Assembly (NCBI GenBank): GCA_964455305.1
Contig: CAYVVU010000002.1
Coordinates: 1-46,485 of the forward strand
Source of the DNA: an uncultured Thermoplasmata archaeon
Lineage (GTDB): Archaea > Thermoplasmatota > Thermoplasmata > Thermoplasmatales > CAYVVU01
Direction: 5' to 3'
DNA: 46,485 nt
The notes under the pieces are model-generated. The model was given only the letters and a program-made list of their open reading frames with translations. It was not told the DNA's origin and did no database searches. Positions within the stretch are counted from its first letter, which is position 1. Every line of letters begins with the position of its first letter. Made by a program: the position numbers and the translations under genes. Positions 40,599-46,485 of the stretch are shown piece after piece.

Positions 40599-40715
40599 AG
40601 TGGAGGAAATGAGTATTTCAAATATAGTTTTTGTCCTGGTCAAGTAAACAAAGAAGAAATTATAATTTGAAAAGGATAGGATTATGAGTGCAAAGAACAA
40701 ATAACTCATTACTTT

Positions 40716-41384
40716 TTAACTCCCTTCCTCTATTTTACCGTCCTTCATTTCTAAAATCCTTGTAGCGTATTTCTTAAGTCTAAAATCATGGGTGGCAATT
40801 ATTACAGTTTTTCCTTCATCATTAAGTTTCTTAAATAACTCAATTATCTCCATACCTGTTTCTGTATCAAGTTCACCAGTAGGCTCATCTGCCAACAGTA
40901 TAGGTGGATTGTTAGCCAAGGCCACTGCAATCGCTACCCTTTGCTGTTCTCCACCGCTTAATTCATCAGGATAATGGTCTTTGCGATGAAGCATACCTAC
41001 CTTTTCAAGGAGAGCGAGCGCTTTTTTCTTTCTAATCTTACGAGGTAATGAAATGAATTCCATGGGAAGCATCACATTTTCAAGAGCCGTCAGTGTGGGT
41101 ATTAGATTGAAAAACTGAAATACGATTCCAACATCCTTTCTTCTATATTCTGCCAGTTGTTCATCATTAAATGAGGTTATTTCTTTTCCATTAACATTTA
41201 TTTTCCCGGCAGTAGGTCTATCTATGCCTCCTATTAAATGGAGGAATGTAGTTTTTCCAGAGCCGCTTGGTCCTATGAGCAATACCATCTCCCCATCATT
41301 TATTCTGAGAGAGACATCTCTTATAGCTATAACTTCTATAGTGCCTCTTTTGTAGACCTTTATCAGATGCTCAACTTCAATCAC
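40716..41384 (-). CDS. ABC transporter ATP-binding protein (MacB/LolD-like)
   Basis: Walker A GPSGSGKTT, signature LSGGEQQRVAIA, Walker B ILLADEPTGELD, and H-loop ATHD. It directly abuts the permease stop. Confidence 0.9.
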   Translation of the reverse strand: MIEVEHLIKVYKRGTIEVIAIRDVSLRINDGEMVLLIGPSGSGKTTFLHLIGGIDRPTAGKINVNGKEITSFNDEQLAEYRRKDVGIVFQFFNLIPTLTALENVMLPMEFISLPRKIRKKKALALLEKVGMLHRKDHYPDELSGGEQQRVAIAVALANNPPILLADEPTGELDTETGMEIIELFKKLNDEGKTVIIATHDFRLKKYATRILEMKDGKIEEGS

Positions 41385-43964
41385 CTACATCTCACCTCCT
41401 AAACCTCTTATCACGCTATCTATATCTACTCTGGCGAATATCATTGCAAGTATATACTGACATAGAAAATATATTCCTACGATTATTCCCATACTTATCA
41501 AGAAATAGTTGCCAAGTACAAATAAATCAGGAAGATTAAAAATTTCTGTCTGTGCAGATACTAAAAAGCAGGAGAGGGCAGTTCCAGTTAGGAACCCTAT
41601 AAGGACGGCGAGAATAATAACTGTAATACCTTCAACAAAAAGCAGCAAAAGAACTTGCGTATTTCTGGCGCCCCGAACTTTGTATAGAGCGATTTCTCCT
41701 TTTCTGTTCATAAATAAGGAGTATTGAACAACGAATATTGAGGCTGCTCCCACTACTATAAGGTACATTTGAATGGTATTTATGTAGGAATATACTGTAG
41801 ATAATTGGTTCTGCGATTTGTAAATCCCTCTGAAATCCAGGTAGTATACTGAATGTGAATCCAGTTGTTCTTTGAATTGCTGATAATTTTTTGCTTTAGT
41901 CACCACATGTGTGGCATTATCAAAATTTACATCATTATACATACCAATCTCACTCTGAAAACCTGGAAATGCATACACTATGAATGTTATTTTGTATTTC
42001 TTGTAATTACCATCAACATCTAAGAATATATAGTCTCCTATTTTTATACGGAAATTCTTTGCGAAATCCCAAGTAACACCAACTGTACCTTTTTTTGGAA
42101 AACCTTCCTTTAAAAAGATTTCCCAATCGTAGACGGCATTGTTATACCTATCAAAATTGGTCATAATAACATTAACATCATGCATAAAAATCTCATTACC
42201 AAAAGAATATCCGCAGGATGATGAGAATTCTTTCACATAGGAATAATAGGAAGTTAATGTATTATTCTCCACCATATCCTTCAGATTGTAGGTAGCTCCA
42301 TCGGTATATATGAGAAAATCGCCACCTACAATTTGTACTGTCCGAAGTTCTATCATTTTATCTTCGTTGTCCATGGTTACGGATAAAAATGTAGATAGTG
42401 TAAGTATAAAAGCAAGGATAAATGCAAGATATGCCGCTCTCTTTGGCTCCCTCTCAAGGCTTCTGCGGGAGAGTTCTCCAGAAACCCTAAAAAGTCTAGA
42501 AACTAATTTGCTAATAATACCGTATACTTTTTGTGTTCCTAAAGTAAATAACCTGGAAGTTACAAGAGGTAAAACAACTAAAATTACTGGAAACATGAAA
42601 ATAAAGGTCATTAGAATTATAAATATTACCAATGTTATAATACTGTATCCGCCCAATAAATCATAGTTTTTTAGAAGATATATTCCCAATATAAGATAAC
42701 CCCAAAATATTATTGCTAGTACTATATCCTTACCTCTTTTATAATCAATCTTTGAAAATCTTTGACTATAGTGTGATATCAGAGAAACCATACTTTCTTT
42801 GGAGATCTTTTTCCAAGGTGAATACAATGCTATAAAGAAAAGAAGGAAAGATATTACCACTGAATATATTACATAATCTATTGAAAGATCAAAGAAAAAG
42901 TATGGTAGTTTGAAAAATAATATATTTGCAAACCAGCCCATATATTCTCCCAATAGGTATCCGGAAATTCCACCAATTAAAGAATAGATGATGCACTCAA
43001 TAAAGATTAATTTGAAAATATGTAGATTATTAGCTCCTCTTACCTTTAAAACTCCAAATTCCCTCTTTCTCTCGTAGAGAGAGATCTCAATTCCAACTTT
43101 TGAAAGATATACACCTATAACGACGACAGGGGTTGAAAATATAATAGGTACAATAACCAAAAATACATTATAATTATAATTTTTAACATCAACTAAAATC
43201 TCTCCATATATACCAGAAGCATTGTATCTTTCAAGGATGTCGTATATGTTATACAAAACATCCCTTAATTTCTTCTCCACATCATTTGGGTCCGTGGCGG
43301 ACATTATGTAATTTTCATCAACTTTGACATAGAAATTCACTTCTACTGGAGGATCTCCTAGTGAAGTGCAAAGTGTTTGAAATGCTTTTGGAAGCATATA
43401 TATGTCAGGATAGCTGGGAGTGTATAAATAATCCTCTGGGAAATCTAACCAAAAAAATCCAACAACTTTTAGATTTTTATTATAGAAGATCTTTCCGGAA
43501 GAATCACTTTTTATCACCAAATTCACAAAATCCCCTATTGCAATACCTTCATTTGACCAGAAACAGTTCATCATTATTTCGTTCTCCTTTTGCGGATAGC
43601 TGCCATCCCATCGAAGAAAACCCTTATGAAACATAGTTCCTATAGTTTTGTATCTATACCAAGTTACATTTCCAACTGTTAATGACATATTCATATTTTT
43701 TGCATATAACCACCATCTAGGAATCACAGTATTATCAGTATAGCTGGAAATTTCAGGAACATTCTCAATCTCATTCATCACAGTGCTTACTTTGGATGAG
43801 AGAATAGATGCCTCCACAACCAGATGATATTTGTTGCTAATTTTTCTGTAAAGATCATACTTTGCCATATTGTTTCCTAAGGTTAGTGAAGAAAATAATA
43901 TAGATATGGCAAGAGCTATGCCTAATGTAGTCGTTGCTAACCTCCTTTTAGATACAGGCATCAT
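41385..43964 (-). CDS. ABC transporter permease with two FtsX-type domains and large extracytoplasmic loops (MacB-type)
   Basis: 859 aa with an N-terminal TM helix, a large loop, a 3-4 TM cluster, a second large loop and a terminal TM cluster. It is upstream of and contiguous with the ATPase gene. Confidence 0.75.
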   Translation of the reverse strand: MMPVSKRRLATTTLGIALAISILFSSLTLGNNMAKYDLYRKISNKYHLVVEASILSSKVSTVMNEIENVPEISSYTDNTVIPRWWLYAKNMNMSLTVGNVTWYRYKTIGTMFHKGFLRWDGSYPQKENEIMMNCFWSNEGIAIGDFVNLVIKSDSSGKIFYNKNLKVVGFFWLDFPEDYLYTPSYPDIYMLPKAFQTLCTSLGDPPVEVNFYVKVDENYIMSATDPNDVEKKLRDVLYNIYDILERYNASGIYGEILVDVKNYNYNVFLVIVPIIFSTPVVVIGVYLSKVGIEISLYERKREFGVLKVRGANNLHIFKLIFIECIIYSLIGGISGYLLGEYMGWFANILFFKLPYFFFDLSIDYVIYSVVISFLLFFIALYSPWKKISKESMVSLISHYSQRFSKIDYKRGKDIVLAIIFWGYLILGIYLLKNYDLLGGYSIITLVIFIILMTFIFMFPVILVVLPLVTSRLFTLGTQKVYGIISKLVSRLFRVSGELSRRSLEREPKRAAYLAFILAFILTLSTFLSVTMDNEDKMIELRTVQIVGGDFLIYTDGATYNLKDMVENNTLTSYYSYVKEFSSSCGYSFGNEIFMHDVNVIMTNFDRYNNAVYDWEIFLKEGFPKKGTVGVTWDFAKNFRIKIGDYIFLDVDGNYKKYKITFIVYAFPGFQSEIGMYNDVNFDNATHVVTKAKNYQQFKEQLDSHSVYYLDFRGIYKSQNQLSTVYSYINTIQMYLIVVGAASIFVVQYSLFMNRKGEIALYKVRGARNTQVLLLLFVEGITVIILAVLIGFLTGTALSCFLVSAQTEIFNLPDLFVLGNYFLISMGIIVGIYFLCQYILAMIFARVDIDSVIRGLGGEM

Positions 43965-44074
43965 CTGGTTTAATAAATAGAATAATCGTTTATATGTTTT
44001 ATGTATATCCTTATATTGCCATATACAAGCAAAAAGACAAAAAGTTTAAGTATATTATTTTTCATGGTATCAGT

Positions 44075-45367
44075 ATGGTTAAAGAGTCCGCTTCGGAGAA
44101 AAGAACAAGTTTACCTTATATAATCAGTATTGGCTTGTCTGCGGGTGGAGTATTAGGCACATGGATAACATTACTAATTTTCGGTGGAGGTCTTAACAGC
44201 ACATCTGCTTTCTTTCAATATGCGACCACGGTTTATTTGGGATTACTTTCAGTAGTTGTAATTATAAATGTATTGACCCTCATAACAGGATGGGAGGAGA
44301 AGTGGAGTGAAAGGAAAAAGAAGGGATATCTGATAGGAGGAATAATATTACTTATTATTGGCAGTTTGATTATATTTTTTGTTAACTGGCTTCTAGGTGG
44401 GATCATAGGATTCATATCTCTAATGCTTATAACTCTGAGCAAGAATAAATTGGAAGGCATAGCCAATACTGGAGCCACATTACTCATGATAGGATTTCTA
44501 CTCCTCCTTATAGTTCCGAGTGTAGCTGCTTACACATCCATGAGAGGATATGATATTCTTTCATATATAATGGCTGTTGGTGGATTCGCAATGGCTATCG
44601 TAGGAATGTATTTCATACTTATGGCGGCTAAACACACAGCGAGAATGATAGCATCTTATGGCGGAATAGCCACGGCAACATTTTCCATATTTCTTATGCC
44701 TGCGCATGAATTTCTCAGGATTCATTCAAATATGGTCTACGGTATATATGATCTAACTTTGTTCTACTTTTCTTTTATAATATTCTGGATTCTATGGGGG
44801 GTGTTCGTCTTTGAACTTTCTAAGGATATGAAAATAGTTAAAATAGTGGATAGAGGATACGAGGCTTTGAAAAATATGGAATGGGACAAAGCCGAGGAGT
44901 ATTTCATACATGCCTTGAAAATAGATGAGGATTGCGTGGACGCTCTTAACGGTCTAGGAATCGGGTATATGATGAGAGGCAAAAATGAAGAGGCACTTAG
45001 AACTTTCAAGCGCCTCTTAAAAATAAAGCCATCCGAAGTTGCCTATACGAATATGGGCAATGTTTATTTCAAAATGGGCAAATACGATGATGCGATCAAA
45101 ATGTATAAGGAGGCTCTAAAACATAATGAAAGTTATTATAATGCTATAGTAAATTTGGCCAGAGCATATATGGAAAAAGGTATGATGGATGAAGTAGAAA
45201 AATATTTAAAACTTGCCAAAGAAAAAGACCCCAGCAGAAAAAGCGCCTATATAGTAGAGGCAATATATTACGGAAAGGTGGGTGATGGCAAGAGATTGGA
45301 TGAGATTAAAGAAAGGATAAAAAGAATGTTTGGAGAAGATTTGATAGTTGTGGAGGGTGAGGTCTGA
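44075..45367 (+). CDS. polytopic membrane protein with a C-terminal cytoplasmic TPR domain
   Basis: About 8 hydrophobic helices followed by about 4 TPR repeats (ALNGLGIGYMMRGKNEEALRTFKRLLKIKP..., MGNVYFKMGKYDDAIKMYKEALKHN...). TATA-like AGTTTAAGTATATTA lies about 29 nt upstream of the ATG at 44075. Confidence 0.65.
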   Translation: MVKESASEKRTSLPYIISIGLSAGGVLGTWITLLIFGGGLNSTSAFFQYATTVYLGLLSVVVIINVLTLITGWEEKWSERKKKGYLIGGIILLIIGSLIIFFVNWLLGGIIGFISLMLITLSKNKLEGIANTGATLLMIGFLLLLIVPSVAAYTSMRGYDILSYIMAVGGFAMAIVGMYFILMAAKHTARMIASYGGIATATFSIFLMPAHEFLRIHSNMVYGIYDLTLFYFSFIIFWILWGVFVFELSKDMKIVKIVDRGYEALKNMEWDKAEEYFIHALKIDEDCVDALNGLGIGYMMRGKNEEALRTFKRLLKIKPSEVAYTNMGNVYFKMGKYDDAIKMYKEALKHNESYYNAIVNLARAYMEKGMMDEVEKYLKLAKEKDPSRKSAYIVEAIYYGKVGDGKRLDEIKERIKRMFGEDLIVVEGEV

Positions 45368-46485
45368 TGCCAAAATTAACGGATTTACCCGGAATTGGTA
45401 AGAAGAGAGCGAAAAAGCTTGAAAGTGAGGGGCTTACTGTTGAAAAGATTGCTCAGATGACCCCGAAAGAATTGAAAAAATATCTTCCTAGAATGGGCAC
45501 AAAAACGCTAATGAAAATAATTGAAAAAGCTCGCGAACTTACGGGAATAAAGGAAGAAAAGGGTGGGGAAAGAGTTGAAGAAGAGAAAAAAGAGGAAGTC
45601 AAGGGAGAAAAAGAAATAGAGACAGAGATAAAGGAATTTTCCAACGAGGAGGAACTTTATGAATATTTGAAAAATGTAGCGGGAGAAGAAGTGAGTGTTA
45701 TATGTCTTACCGCTCAGTATCCAGATACGCTCAAAGATATATGGGGACTTGGGGAAAATGTTGATGTTGTTTGGATATCCGAACTTAAAACAGGTGAATA
45801 CTTAACCATAGCGCCAGGTGATTATAATACACTTAAAGAATTTTTGAATTATATTGCTATGGGAGATAACAAGATAGTGGTTATAGATTCATTATCTGTT
45901 ATCAACGAGCATATGCCTCCTGAAAAACTTTCGGAAATACTTGCAATTTTACATAATATGCACAAAGAAAAGAACAAGAATATTTATGTGGTTATGCCGC
46001 AGGATATTCCATCGGATATAGAGGAGATGTACAGGAATGCTCTACTGTCTGGCATAGTTCCCATACCCTCCGTAGCAAAAGAAGAGAAAAAACCCGAAGA
46101 GGTAAGGGAAAAACTTGAAGAAAAAGAAATGGAAGAAAAAAAAATAGAAGCAGAAAAGGAGCTTCCCGAAGAGGCAAAGGAACTCCTGAAACTTCCTCAT
46201 ATTTCCGTAGAAGATGCCGAAAAACTTTACGAGAATGATATAACGCTGGAAAGAATATCTCTTATGACCCCTATGGATTTGAGAGAATATCTTCCAGAAA
46301 AGGGTATTGATGAATTAGGAGATATTATTGAAGCATCTAGAAAAATAGTTTCAGAAGAGATAGAGAAAAAGAAAGAGAAAGAGAAGAAAAAAGTCGTTGT
46401 TGAGCGTTTGGAAGGAGAAATTGAAGAGGCAGAAGAAAAGAAGATTGAAAGGAAAAAAATAGCTGCGAAGGTCAAAAGAGGTTTT
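45367..46485 (+). CDS. HhH - DUF835-like (KaiC/RecA-like, P-loop-less) - HhH protein, 3'-truncated by the window end
   Basis: Hand-translated open frame of 373 codons with no stop. LTDLPGIGKKRAKKLESEG is a helix-hairpin-helix. The CLTAQYPDTL...VVWISE...VVIDSLSVINEH...ILAILHNM block resembles DUF835. The ATG overlaps the upstream TGA (TGATG). GGAGGGTGAGGT SD. Confidence 0.6.
   Translation, partial: MPKLTDLPGIGKKRAKKLESEGLTVEKIAQMTPKELKKYLPRMGTKTLMKIIEKARELTGIKEEKGGERVEEEKKEEVKGEKEIETEIKEFSNEEELYEYLKNVAGEEVSVICLTAQYPDTLKDIWGLGENVDVVWISELKTGEYLTIAPGDYNTLKEFLNYIAMGDNKIVVIDSLSVINEHMPPEKLSEILAILHNMHKEKNKNIYVVMPQDIPSDIEEMYRNALLSGIVPIPSVAKEEKKPEEVREKLEEKEMEEKKIEAEKELPEEAKELLKLPHISVEDAEKLYENDITLERISLMTPMDLREYLPEKGIDELGDIIEASRKIVSEEIEKKKEKEKKKVVVERLEGEIEEAEEKKIERKKIAAKVKRGF

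Noticed and set aside
45453-46475. Three minus-strand ORFs of 61-82 aa (S/F-rich)
   Set aside because: They are antisense shadows of E/K-rich linkers in the plus-strand HhH-DUF835 frame, which is open for 373 codons to the window edge.
1-46485. CRISPR arrays, IS elements, integrases, rRNA genes
   Set aside because: Reading both strands, I found no regularly spaced direct repeats, no transposase or integrase-like ORFs, and no rRNA-like GC-rich structured segments. This was a by-eye scan and needs a repeat finder to confirm.

Overview
Compact archaeal chromosomal segment. Archaeal markers are the PolD small subunit DP1, TiaS, archaeal-type SAM synthetase, AglB/STT3, MfnA and NikR. The AT-rich DNA and K/E/I-rich proteins suggest a thermophilic euryarchaeon, but the taxon is inference only. 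Genes are tightly packed, with many 4-nt start/stop overlaps and convergent 3' overlaps. First genes of operons mostly have a TATA box about 25-30 nt upstream of the start codon (leaderless-type). Internal operon genes have GGAGGTGA-like Shine-Dalgarno sites. From 1 to 17 kb the content is mostly housekeeping: three small ORFs (two membrane, one soluble), a three-gene methyltransferase / class-II amidotransferase / SAM hydroxide adenosyltransferase operon, NikR, DP1, a DtxR-family repressor, a long coiled-coil protein, an Mtq2-like methylase, a tyrosine-rich surface protein with a P/Q-rich tail, SAM synthetase, a DUF431 SPOUT methylase coupled to MfnA, a GT4 glycosyltransferase, TiaS, an HPP membrane protein and tRNA-His. 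From about 17.9 to 39.3 kb lies a large, visibly more AT-rich protein-glycosylation island. It holds a 2,065-2,089-aa AglB fused to a tandem beta-sandwich array, a coupled CARDB-like protein, a Wzx-like flippase, an unassigned 611-aa polytopic protein, a sulfatase-fold protein with a Thr/His active-site variant, and a UDP-sugar dehydrogenase / sulfotransferase / GT4 operon. It also holds GalU, a WbpB/WbpE/WbpD-like diacetamido-uronic-acid operon headed by a DUF354 gene, and an AglH-type Dol-P GlcNAc-1-P transferase. The right end carries a wHTH gene pair, a 2H phosphoesterase, a MacB-type ABC exporter, a membrane-TPR protein and a translationally coupled HhH-DUF835-HhH protein that runs off the window. 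I found no rRNA, CRISPR array, transposase or integrase. The best candidates for undescribed biology are the double-length scaffold-fused AglB, the sulfotransferase-containing glycan operon (a candidate archaeal glycan sulfation module) and the SAM-centred three-gene operon. All family assignments come from motif recognition by eye and need HMM or structure confirmation.
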